Made by a program: the position numbers and the translations under genes. From NCBI GenBank assembly GCA_052279835.1, contig CP181291.1:2848001-2912000 (forward strand): DNA of 64,000 nucleotides, given 5' to 3'. This document shows positions 1 to 8,582 of this stretch, piece by piece (the stretch's first letter is position 1; the number at the start of each line of letters is the position of its first letter). Under the pieces are notes generated by a model. The model was not told the origin of the DNA, did no database searches, and saw only the letters and a list, made by a program, of their open reading frames with translations. This DNA comes from Microcoleus sp. (GTDB lineage: Bacteria > Cyanobacteriota > Cyanobacteriia > Cyanobacteriales > Microcoleaceae).

Positions 1-22
1 TTTGTAATTTTTGCTTGGGCTC

Positions 23-81
23 TTGACATTATTATACTGAACGGTTTAGTCTTAAAACATATAAGAACTAAACCGTTTAGT
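23..81 (+). promoter_or_regulatory. devBCA promoter with two palindromic operator boxes (TetR-like)
   Basis: TTGACA at 23-28; ACTGAAC-G-GTTTAGT at 36-50 and ACTAAAC-C-GTTTAGT at 67-81. Confidence 0.7.
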
Positions 82-108
82 TTTGTACCCTAAAAAAAGA
101 GGTGTGTC

Positions 109-1530
109 ATGGTACATCAACCAACCGCAGACAGCTTATCCTCAAATCCATCTCTAGTTAAGCAACTGCTAATAGTGGCCGCCTTCGCCACTCTGGCGGC
201 TGGGGGAACGACAGGTTACACGATGTGGCGATCGCGCCAACCCGATCCCAATGCAGTAGCAGCGACAGCAGCGGCAACAGCAGCGCAATTAAGCACAGTG
301 ACAGCCTTGGGGCGACTGGAACCCAAAGGAGAAGTAATAAAAGTCTCTGCTTCGGGTACCGCCGAAGGAAACCGGATCGATCGACTCTTAGTTAAAGAGG
401 GAGACAGGGTGAAAACAGGAGAAACGATCGCCATTCTCGACAGTCGCGATCGTCTGCAAGCAGCCTACGACCAAGCTCAAGAACAAGTGCGCGTCGCCCA
501 GGCAAATCTAGCAAAAGTCAAAGCAGGAGCCAAAAACGGCGAAATCCAAGCCCAGAAAGCCACCATTGGCCGTTTAGAAGCCGATCGCACCAACGAAATC
601 ACAGCGCAACAGGCGATCGTCGCCCGCACATCCGTCGATCGCAGTACCGAAATAGCAGCGCAACAAGCCACCATTGCGCGGATCAGGGCGGAACAGCTTG
701 GGGAAATTCAAACCCAAAAAGCCACGATTTCCCGTCTAGAAGCCGAACTTCGTAACGCCACAAGTGAAGAGAGGCGCTACTGGCAACTATACCAAGAAGG
801 AGCCATCTCCGCTTCCACCAGCGACAGCAAAAAACTCGCCACCGAAACAGCCCAACAACAACTAAACGAAGCCCAAGCCAAACTCAGCCAAATTCAGCAA
901 TCTCGACAACAACAGATTAACGAAGCCCAAGCCAAACTCAGCCAAATTCAACAATCCCGCCAACAACAAATCAACGAAGCCCAAGCTAAACTCAGCCAAA
1001 TTCAGGAATCTCGCCAACAGCAAATTAATGAAGCTGTAGCAAATCTCGATCGCATTTCCGAAGTTCGCCCCGTAGACGTGGAAGTCGCCAGCGCCGAAGT
1101 TAGTTCCGCCACGAAGGCCGCCAAACAAGCCAAAGCGAATCTAGCTCTAGCTTACATCCGCTCTCCCAGAGACGCGCAAGTCCTGAAAATTCACACATAT
1201 CCAGGGGAAAAAGTGGGGAATGACGGGATTGTTGAACTCGGACAAACTCGCGAGATGTTGGCTGTGGCTGAAATCTACCAAAGCGATGTGGATAAGATAC
1301 GAATTGGACAGCCGGCTAAAATTACTAGCGATTCTTTCCAGGGCCAATTGCAGGGAACTGTTGAACATATCGGCTTACAAGTGCAGCGGCAAAACATTGT
1401 TAATACCGATCCTTCTGCGAATATTGATGCTCGAATTGTGGAAGTGAAAGTGCGTTTGGATGCAGTTTCTAGTCGGAAAGTCGCTGGATTGACTAATTTA
1501 CAAGTTAAGGTGGCGATCGGCGGAAATTAA
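109..1530 (+). CDS. devB: ABC exporter membrane fusion protein, DevB/HlyD family
   Basis: N-terminal TM, TALGRLEP motif, lipoyl half LLVKEGDRV, long coiled coil, C-terminal DARIVEVKVRL; followed by devC and devA. Confidence 0.9.
   Translation: MVHQPTADSLSSNPSLVKQLLIVAAFATLAAGGTTGYTMWRSRQPDPNAVAATAAATAAQLSTVTALGRLEPKGEVIKVSASGTAEGNRIDRLLVKEGDRVKTGETIAILDSRDRLQAAYDQAQEQVRVAQANLAKVKAGAKNGEIQAQKATIGRLEADRTNEITAQQAIVARTSVDRSTEIAAQQATIARIRAEQLGEIQTQKATISRLEAELRNATSEERRYWQLYQEGAISASTSDSKKLATETAQQQLNEAQAKLSQIQQSRQQQINEAQAKLSQIQQSRQQQINEAQAKLSQIQESRQQQINEAVANLDRISEVRPVDVEVASAEVSSATKAAKQAKANLALAYIRSPRDAQVLKIHTYPGEKVGNDGIVELGQTREMLAVAEIYQSDVDKIRIGQPAKITSDSFQGQLQGTVEHIGLQVQRQNIVNTDPSANIDARIVEVKVRLDAVSSRKVAGLTNLQVKVAIGGN
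853..1035 (+). repeat. 54-bp tandem repeat inside devB (QQQINEAQAKLSQIQQSR)
   Basis: Units start at 853, 907, 961 and 1015 (partial). Confidence 0.95.
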
Positions 1531-1544
1531 GGATTAAGAAGTTT

Positions 1545-1590
1545 TTAACCGCAGAGAGCGCAGAGGACACAGAGGAAGAGAATAGAGAGT
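1545..1590 (+). repeat. Small dispersed repeat (AACCGCAGAG..GCAGAGGACACAGAG type)
   Basis: Related copies at ~2845-2880 (-), ~8490-8528 (-), ~23117-23142 (+), ~34971-34993 (-). Confidence 0.75.
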
Positions 1591-1634
1591 TGCTTTCTTC
1601 AATCCAAAATCTACAATCTAAAATCCACAATCCT

Positions 1635-2819
1635 ATGCTTGGACTAATCAAACCATTACAACAGTTAAGAAACAGAACTCCTCTCGGATGGCTGCAACTG
1701 AGTCATGACAAAGGGCGCATGGCTGTAGCTATAGCGGGAATTGCTTTTGCTGACATTTTGATGTTCATGCAGTTGGGCTTCCAAAATGCGCTCTACAGCA
1801 GCAATACGCGCCTGCACCAAATTTTGCAAACCGATTTAGTTTTGGTCAGTCCCCAAGGTCGTAATTTGCTGAATTTGTCTTCTTTCCCCAGGCGCAGATT
1901 ATATCAGGCTATGAATGTACCGGGCGTGCGATCGGCCGATCCACTTTATGTCAAACTTGCTAACTGGAAAGTCCCGGCCACAGGTCGCGAAACGTCTATT
2001 ATGGTGGTGGGCTTCGATCCCGATCGCCCTGCTTTTTCCCTGCCGGAAGTCAACCAAAACTTGAACTCGATTAAATTGCCGGATACGGTGTTATTTGACC
2101 GAGCTTCCAGGGGAGACTATCAAGATGCGATCGCCCAAATCAATCAGGGAAAAATTGTGAAAACTGAGATCGATCGACGCACGATTACGATCGAGGGCTT
2201 ATTTAGCATTGGAGCATCTTTTGCAGCCGATGGAGCTTTAATCACCAGCGATCAAAATTACCTACGCTTGTTTCCCAAACAAAATGCCGGGAGTGTTAAT
2301 GCCGGATTAATTCAATTGCAAACCGGTGCCGATCCAGTACAAGTTCAACAAGTTTTAACAGCATATTTGCCACCGGATGTCAAGGTATTGACCAAAGCAG
2401 AATTTATAGAATTCGAGAAAAATTATTGGGCTAAAAATACTGCTGTCGGCTTTGTATTTAACTTAGGTGTCGCCATGGGTTTTGTAGTTGGTGTCATTAT
2501 TGTTTATCAAGTTCTCTCCACCGATGTCAGCGACCACATGGCAGAATACGCTACTTTTAAAGCAATGGGATACCGCAATATTTACTTGCTCGGCATTGTT
2601 TTTGAAGAAGCTATAATTCTTTCAATCATCGGTTTTTTACCTGGTCTAGGAGTCTCTTTAGGTCTCTACTCTTTAACTCGTAAAGCAACAAATCTACCCA
2701 TCTATATGACCCTAATCAGGGCAATTACAGTATTAATTTTAAACACGGTCATGTGCAGTATTTCAGGAACTATTGCCACTCGCAAACTGCAAGCAGCAGA
2801 CCCCGCAGACATTTTTTAA
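1635..2819 (+). CDS. devC: ABC exporter permease, DevC family (FtsX-like)
   Basis: PLGWLQL, FADILMFMQLGF and the LQAADPADIF end; ATG 1635 preferred over TTG 1590. Confidence 0.92.
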   Translation: MLGLIKPLQQLRNRTPLGWLQLSHDKGRMAVAIAGIAFADILMFMQLGFQNALYSSNTRLHQILQTDLVLVSPQGRNLLNLSSFPRRRLYQAMNVPGVRSADPLYVKLANWKVPATGRETSIMVVGFDPDRPAFSLPEVNQNLNSIKLPDTVLFDRASRGDYQDAIAQINQGKIVKTEIDRRTITIEGLFSIGASFAADGALITSDQNYLRLFPKQNAGSVNAGLIQLQTGADPVQVQQVLTAYLPPDVKVLTKAEFIEFEKNYWAKNTAVGFVFNLGVAMGFVVGVIIVYQVLSTDVSDHMAEYATFKAMGYRNIYLLGIVFEEAIILSIIGFLPGLGVSLGLYSLTRKATNLPIYMTLIRAITVLILNTVMCSISGTIATRKLQAADPADIF

Positions 2820-2844
2820 TCTGCATTTCATCTCTCTCTGATAT

Positions 2845-2880
2845 CTCTCTGTGTTCTCTGCGCCCTCTGTGGTTAAAAAA
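2845..2880 (-). repeat. Small dispersed repeat, inverted relative to 1545-1590
   Basis: CTCTGTGTTCTCTGCGCCCTCTGTGGTTAAAAA. Confidence 0.75.
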
Positions 2881-2897
2881 ATCCAAATCTTTAACTT

Positions 2898-3614
2898 ATG
2901 AAATCCACTCTTGTCAACCGCACAACCAATAACTTACCCATTTCCGAACCTGTAATTTCCATGCACAAACTAGACCACTACTTCGGTCAAGGTCAACTGC
3001 AAAAACAGGTACTTTTTGATATTAACCTAGAAATCAATGCAGGTGAAATTGTCCTGATGACCGGGCCTTCAGGTTCTGGAAAAACCACCCTTTTAACCTT
3101 GATTGGCGGACTGCGTTCTGGTCAATCTGGCAGTCTCAAAATTCTCGGTCAAGAAATGTGCAATGCCAGCCCAGATAAATTGGTTAAGACGCGGCGCAAA
3201 ATTGGCTATATTTTTCAAGCGCACAACTTGCACCGCAGTTTGACCGCACTGCAAAACGTGCAAATGGGTTTGGAAGTTCACGGCAATTTGTCGCGTTCCG
3301 AAATGCGCGATCGCTCTGCAAAAATGCTAGAGTTAGTAGGACTGGAACAGCGGCTTAACTATTATCCAGATGACTTGTCAGGGGGACAGAAACAAAGAGT
3401 TGCGATCGCCCGTGCATTGGTGAGTCACCCGCAAATTGTGTTAGCTGACGAACCCACAGCCGCCCTGGACAGCAAATCTGGTCGCGAAGTGGTGAATTTG
3501 ATGCAGAAACTGGCCAAAGAGCAGGGTTGTACCATTCTGTTAGTTACTCACGATAACCGAATTTTGGATATAGCCGATCGCATTATTAACATGGAAGATG
3601 GAAAATTAGCATAA
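2898..3614 (+). CDS. devA: ABC exporter ATP-binding subunit, DevA family
   Basis: Walker A GPSGSGKT, LSGGQKQR, Walker B LADEPT, H-loop VTHD. Confidence 0.95.
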   Translation: MKSTLVNRTTNNLPISEPVISMHKLDHYFGQGQLQKQVLFDINLEINAGEIVLMTGPSGSGKTTLLTLIGGLRSGQSGSLKILGQEMCNASPDKLVKTRRKIGYIFQAHNLHRSLTALQNVQMGLEVHGNLSRSEMRDRSAKMLELVGLEQRLNYYPDDLSGGQKQRVAIARALVSHPQIVLADEPTAALDSKSGREVVNLMQKLAKEQGCTILLVTHDNRILDIADRIINMEDGKLA

Positions 3615-3616
3615 AT

Positions 3617-3897
3617 TGTTATTTGTTATTGGTTGTTTGTTGTTGGTTTGTTATTGGTTATTTGTTGTTGGTTTGTTATTGGTTGTTTGTTGTTGGCGCA
3701 TACCGCGATTAAAAACTCGCAGAGGCGAACGGTAGTATAAGTGGTTAGTTTTTGTTTGCTACTAACAACAAATAACCCATAACCCATAACAACTAACCCA
3801 TAACAAACAACCAATAACCAATAACAAGTAACAAATAACCAATAACCAATAACAAATAACAACTAACCCATAACAACTAACCCATAACCCATAACTA
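3617..3897. repeat. Two opposed STRR-like heptamer arrays (TTGTTGG/TTATTGG, then TAACAAA/TAACCAA/TAACCCA)
   Basis: Left arm ~3617-3696 and right arm ~3762-3897 are complementary; they lie between convergent genes. Confidence 0.9.
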
Positions 3898-4935
3898 ATT
3901 GGTAACAGCCAATTCTGGGCGATAAATCTCCAAATTTTGCTGATACATTGCTTCTAGTTTCGGCATCGAGGATTCCACAGAACCGCCAAAACGCCGAAAA
4001 GATGGCCAGATGTAAGCGAGTTTTCTGACTGCTGGTGTCAATCGACCCGCTTCTATATCTTCTAAGGCTCCTTTTTCTCGGATTAACTCTACAGCTACAA
4101 GGTCTTGATTTTCGGGGCTGAAATCCTTGATACCAAATTTTTTGGCGAACCTGTCCCAAGTGGTACTGAGAAACTGATATCGCCCTGCTGCATCGGAACA
4201 GAGTTTTTTACCGTAGCGGCGGCCGCACCTAATTTCTCTGGGATGATCTTGAAAGCTGACAAATTTAGTCCCTGTGTACTGGGTGCGGTAGCCATCGGGA
4301 GTAGCTGTACCTTCGGCGGTAGCAATCGTGTCCAGAAAGGCTTTGACTCGTCGATCGCGCCCGATGCTATCCTCTTGTTGGTCTGGTGAATTCCGCGTAG
4401 GTGTTTCCGGTGCCTCATCAGGCCCGCTGCTATTGTCTCCTGGGTTTGGTGAATCGATGGCCGTAACCGATGGGAGGCGTTTTGGGGTGGGCGAAGTCTC
4501 TGCCAAGATAGATTGTCCCCACAGTCGGGGTGTCATGCGACCGAAGAAAAAGCACAAACAGATTAAGAAACCCCAAGACAGTTGAAAACGCAGGGGTTTG
4601 AAGCGATGCCGGCCCACAACCGGCCACCCGTAAAGGGGGAGTGTGGCGGACAAAATTCCGGTTTGCTGGCCGAAGGCGAACAGCGATTTCACCGCTACCA
4701 ACGTTTGCTTGTACAGACGGGGTGCAAGTTTCCGAGCTCTCATGGCCGCGGCGAAAGTGTGGATATCTGCGAGACTAACTTGTGCCAGCGGTTTTTCTAC
4801 AAACGCTCTAAAATAATTGGCAGCCCGCCAGCTAAAGCGCCGATGGCGGGGGGATTGGCGCTTTACCCACAGACGAATTAGCTCCTGGTCGGACATAGGG
4901 AGCAGATGGCTTCCCAGATGTTCTGGTGCGTACAA
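3895..4935 (-). CDS. Lambda-R-type muramidase (GH104) fused to an N-terminal tyrosine-recombinase core-binding-like domain and a TM helix
   Basis: KAFLDTIATAEGT, DAAGRYQFLSTTWD and DFSPENQD match lambda lysozyme; N-term KPLAQVSLADIHTF...AVKSLFAFG; GGAGG just upstream of the TTG start. Confidence 0.85.
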   Translation of the reverse strand: MYAPEHLGSHLLPMSDQELIRLWVKRQSPRHRRFSWRAANYFRAFVEKPLAQVSLADIHTFAAAMRARKLAPRLYKQTLVAVKSLFAFGQQTGILSATLPLYGWPVVGRHRFKPLRFQLSWGFLICLCFFFGRMTPRLWGQSILAETSPTPKRLPSVTAIDSPNPGDNSSGPDEAPETPTRNSPDQQEDSIGRDRRVKAFLDTIATAEGTATPDGYRTQYTGTKFVSFQDHPREIRCGRRYGKKLCSDAAGRYQFLSTTWDRFAKKFGIKDFSPENQDLVAVELIREKGALEDIEAGRLTPAVRKLAYIWPSFRRFGGSVESSMPKLEAMYQQNLEIYRPELAVTN

Positions 4936-5257
4936 AAGTACCTCCTGATATCAGTTCTGGTTGAAATATCCCTGTCAATGGATTGGGGATTAGTTCGGCA
5001 GTGCAAATTGGGGGTGACGAAAACCTCTAATTTTTTGGTCATCACCGAATAGTAGGGACAGGGATCAAGATAAACAGGCTTCAACCATATCCAGTGATAC
5101 TACTAAGTGTTCGTTAGGTCAAGTTTATGGGTAAATTTGGCGATCGCCCTCAGTCGAAAATTTGGTGATGACCAAGGCCAGACTATCCCAACTGACATGG
5201 GTTTCAAGGTAGCCATCCATCGCATTTTTTCGGCTCTCATATCTTTGATATTAAGAA

Positions 5258-6175
5258 TTAAGAACTCTTGCGCTCAGAGTGTGGCGAGGATGGTCGCTCT
5301 TTGTTGTTGAGCAAATTTTGGCGTTTGGCCAGCATCAGGGAACCATATCGGTTAGCCCAAACTTGGGTAAACTCAGCACCTAAGAATAGTATCTGAGCCG
5401 AATAATTGATCCAAAGTAAGATAATCACGAAGGAGCCAGCAGCACCGTAGGTAGAGGCGACACCGCTACCCCCAAGGTAAATTCCAATTAGGGATTTGCC
5501 GATCGTAAACAACACGGAGGTGATAGCGGCACCGATCCAAACATCATTCCAAGCCAGATCGACATCGGGCAATAGTTTGTAAATTAAGGCAAACAACAGC
5601 GTGACTACACCAAAAGAAATGGCAAAGTCCACAATCTGCCAAATACCGACTGGTAAGTGTAGCAAGCCGTTCAACCAATAGCTGACTGCTGCTAAAAGAG
5701 CGCTAATTACCAAAGAGACTAGCAATAAAAAACCTATGCCTAAAATCATGGCAAAAGACAATACGCGGTCTTGCAAGAATCCCCAGATGCCTCGTCCGGG
5801 GGCTGGCTTAACATTCCAAATAGTATTGAGGGCTTCTTTGAGATTAGTAAAAACGTTGGAAGCACCCCACAACAAGGTAGCAACGCCGACTAACGTAGCA
5901 ATCATTCCCGATTTTGGTTCCGAGGCTTTGACGATCAACTCTTGGACAGTTTGGGCACCCTCTTTACCGATTAAACTTTGGAGTTGGCCGACGATTTGGC
6001 CTTGGGCTGCGTCGGCACCAAAGACTAAACCAGCGATCGCAATCACGATAATTAGCAGCGGAGCCAGAGAAAACACCGTGTAGTACGCTAGGGCTGCTGC
6101 TAGGGTGGGCGCTTTATCTTCTTGCCATTCAGTAAAAGTTTGTTTGAGTAGCGATAAGACTGTTTTTAAAGTCAC
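5258..6175 (-). CDS. YihY/virulence factor BrkB family membrane protein
   Basis: AAALAYYTVFSLAPLL, ALNTIW, YGAAGSFVIILLWINYSAQILFLGAEF. Confidence 0.93.
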   Translation of the reverse strand: MTLKTVLSLLKQTFTEWQEDKAPTLAAALAYYTVFSLAPLLIIVIAIAGLVFGADAAQGQIVGQLQSLIGKEGAQTVQELIVKASEPKSGMIATLVGVATLLWGASNVFTNLKEALNTIWNVKPAPGRGIWGFLQDRVLSFAMILGIGFLLLVSLVISALLAAVSYWLNGLLHLPVGIWQIVDFAISFGVVTLLFALIYKLLPDVDLAWNDVWIGAAITSVLFTIGKSLIGIYLGGSGVASTYGAAGSFVIILLWINYSAQILFLGAEFTQVWANRYGSLMLAKRQNLLNNKERPSSPHSERKSS

Positions 6176-6289
6176 GGCATTTAGTTTCCTTTACTTATCG
6201 TTGACAACCAGATTTTAAGATTGCAAGATTTTTTTAGCGTCGGCCACAAGATAGATTTAACCATTAGCCAAGTTTCCCAAATTACTGTA

Positions 6290-7396
6290 ATGTCAGATTC
6301 AAACACAATTGTTAACGATACCCCCAAAAGGGCAATCTCCTGGGCCAAAGTCAGCGCCTTGGTAGCACTGGTAAATTTCGGACTGGTAATGTTTCATTTC
6401 ACTTACCTTAAGTTGCGCCCTCTCTATCTGAGTTCCTTCCCCAGTTTAGTGAAAGCTTACGACCCTTTCAAAGGCATCGACCCAACTTTGCACAATTCCG
6501 AATACTTGAAAACCGCTGACGGGTTTTGGCGGATTGATGCCTTTTTTATCTGTTTTTTTGGGGTTGAGTTTTTAATCAAAACTCTTTTTCACCAACGCCG
6601 GAAACCGGGGGTAACTTGGTTGGATTTTGTACTGCGGCGCTGGTACGAAGTTTTTCTGCTACTTCCGATTTGGCAAGGGTGGCGGATTTTGCCCGTTTTG
6701 GTGCGCCTCCACAAGTCTGGTTTGGTCAATCTCGATCGCGCAGTTGCTCAAATCACCTACGAACCAGTGGCTTATTTAGCCGATACCATGTCGGAATACA
6801 TGATGGTGCGCTTTATCAATCAAGCCCAAAGTTCGATCGAACAAGGCGACGCAGCCCGCGTGCTGCTACAGCAGCAACCATACCTGCACGTCAACCAAGA
6901 AAACACGATCGAACAAATTACCAACCGGATTTTGGAACTGACAATTTACAAAGTTTTACCGCAAGTGCAACCCGGTTTAGAAGATTTGCTACACCACAAT
7001 TTAGAATCGACAATCAAACAGTCAGATTTTTATCAAATCCTACAAACCTTTTCGCCTGTTAATATCTTGCCGCCCGAAATAACTGAACAACTAGCAAACT
7101 ATCTAGCGAAAACAGCGGTAGATGTAGTAGCAAATACTTACGAAGATGATAAAGGTCGAAAAATTATCGATAATTTTAGTCAAGAATTCAATCAAAGTTT
7201 GCGACGAGAATTGCAGGATGAAAAAACACTAGGAGAATTGCAGTCGCTGCTGTCAGATTTGTTGGAAGAAGTAAAATTAAATTACATTCAAGGAGGCTTC
7301 AAAACAGATCCCGAAAAGACATTTACAGAAATTGAATCCCTGCGAGAAGTAACAGATAATTCCCAGGGGACTGCGGTTTTAAATGAAAACAGGTAA
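6290..7396 (+). CDS. Hypothetical membrane protein; N-terminus resembles ion-channel S1-S4
   Basis: Long ORF; TM helices with FFGVEFL and WRILPVLVRL; helical C-terminus; start uncertain (6221 or 6290). Confidence 0.7.
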   Translation: MSDSNTIVNDTPKRAISWAKVSALVALVNFGLVMFHFTYLKLRPLYLSSFPSLVKAYDPFKGIDPTLHNSEYLKTADGFWRIDAFFICFFGVEFLIKTLFHQRRKPGVTWLDFVLRRWYEVFLLLPIWQGWRILPVLVRLHKSGLVNLDRAVAQITYEPVAYLADTMSEYMMVRFINQAQSSIEQGDAARVLLQQQPYLHVNQENTIEQITNRILELTIYKVLPQVQPGLEDLLHHNLESTIKQSDFYQILQTFSPVNILPPEITEQLANYLAKTAVDVVANTYEDDKGRKIIDNFSQEFNQSLRRELQDEKTLGELQSLLSDLLEEVKLNYIQGGFKTDPEKTFTEIESLREVTDNSQGTAVLNENR

Positions 7397-7533
7397 GGGG
7401 TAATTGCTCAGGGGTAATCGGTAAAAAGTAGGTTAGGTGCGGATATCCGAAACAAGATGGGGGTCAACCAATTTAAATTATTAGCTAAAATCAAGGAATT
7501 AGCAGACAACCTTTATCATATTATCTATCTACT

Positions 7534-8430
7534 TTGAACAGTATTACTTCCCTAGAAATAGAAGTCGCCCAAACACTGCTGAGATTGTCAATGTTGCTGG
7601 GCTTAACACTCTTAATCGCCTTTTTTGTGGCGTCTGAATTAGCCTTAGTATCAGCAGACAGACATCAAATCCGTCAACTCGCGCAGTTGTCAGACTCTCC
7701 AAAAACCGCCGCATCCGCCGAACTCGTCCACCAAGCTCAAAACGACATCCCCCATTACCTATCCGTCACCCAAACAGGCACAACTGCTGGCAGTTTGCTA
7801 CTAGGTTGGCTGGGCGAGGGAGCAACAGTGCATTGGATCGAACCGTGGATCGGCAAATTGCCCCTCGGTCATTTTCCGCTGATGCTAACGGCTCATGCGA
7901 TCGCAGTTCCAGTCGCTTTCATCTTAGTAACATACATAGAGATAGTCTTAGGAGAACTCATCCCCAAAGTATTAGCATCCCACGCCCCTGAACGCACCGC
8001 TTTACTACTGATCCGTCCCCTAAAAATCTGCTCCAACGTGCTGTGGCCGCTGCTGGCAATTCTCAACGCTAATGTACGGCTGCTGACAGGTGGAATTACC
8101 CGCCATCAGTCTCCACCTCTCCTATCACCTTCCCAGGCAACTATCGTCCAAAAAGACGCACATTCAGCACTGATTTCTGGGGGATGGGAAGTGACAGAAC
8201 TCAACAAACAACTGGGATTAAAACTACCAATTAGCGACGCTTATCAAACCATAGCTGGATTCATGATTCACCATTTGGGTAAACTCCCAAATCAAGGAGA
8301 GCGATTGTTGTGGGACGAGTTAGAAATAGAAGCAGAAAATGTAATAGAAGGCAGTTTAGAAACAGTGTTATTGCGTCAAGTAACACATCCTTTGTTTAAG
8401 ACTCAACAGCCAGAACTTGTGTTGAATTGA
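7534..8430 (+). CDS. CNNM/DUF21 (CorB/HlyC-like) protein with CorC_HlyC tail, no CBS pair
   Basis: FFVASELALVS, LLLGWLGE, IVLGELIPK, then YQTIAGFMIHHLGKLP. Confidence 0.85.
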   Translation: MNSITSLEIEVAQTLLRLSMLLGLTLLIAFFVASELALVSADRHQIRQLAQLSDSPKTAASAELVHQAQNDIPHYLSVTQTGTTAGSLLLGWLGEGATVHWIEPWIGKLPLGHFPLMLTAHAIAVPVAFILVTYIEIVLGELIPKVLASHAPERTALLLIRPLKICSNVLWPLLAILNANVRLLTGGITRHQSPPLLSPSQATIVQKDAHSALISGGWEVTELNKQLGLKLPISDAYQTIAGFMIHHLGKLPNQGERLLWDELEIEAENVIEGSLETVLLRQVTHPLFKTQQPELVLN

Positions 8431-8582
8431 ACTACTACGAATATCAACAATAATTACTCAACCCTTTATCTTCTCTTCCCTTCCATACTCTTCCTTCGTG
8501 TCCTTCGCGCCTTCGCGGTTCGTTTAAATCCAGAGATTTGAGATTAGCAACCAATCCCAAATCTCAAAAACAGCGAACTTAA

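Noticed and set aside
109..3614. Heterocyst glycolipid exporter function
   Set aside because: devBCA paralogues occur in non-heterocystous cyanobacteria; no hgl/het genes here, so the substrate is unknown
3626..3862. 78-aa ORF
   Set aside because: Translation of heptamer repeats
3895..4935. Prophage remnant (integrase plus endolysin)
   Set aside because: No recombinase catalytic domain and no holin, structural or replication genes nearby
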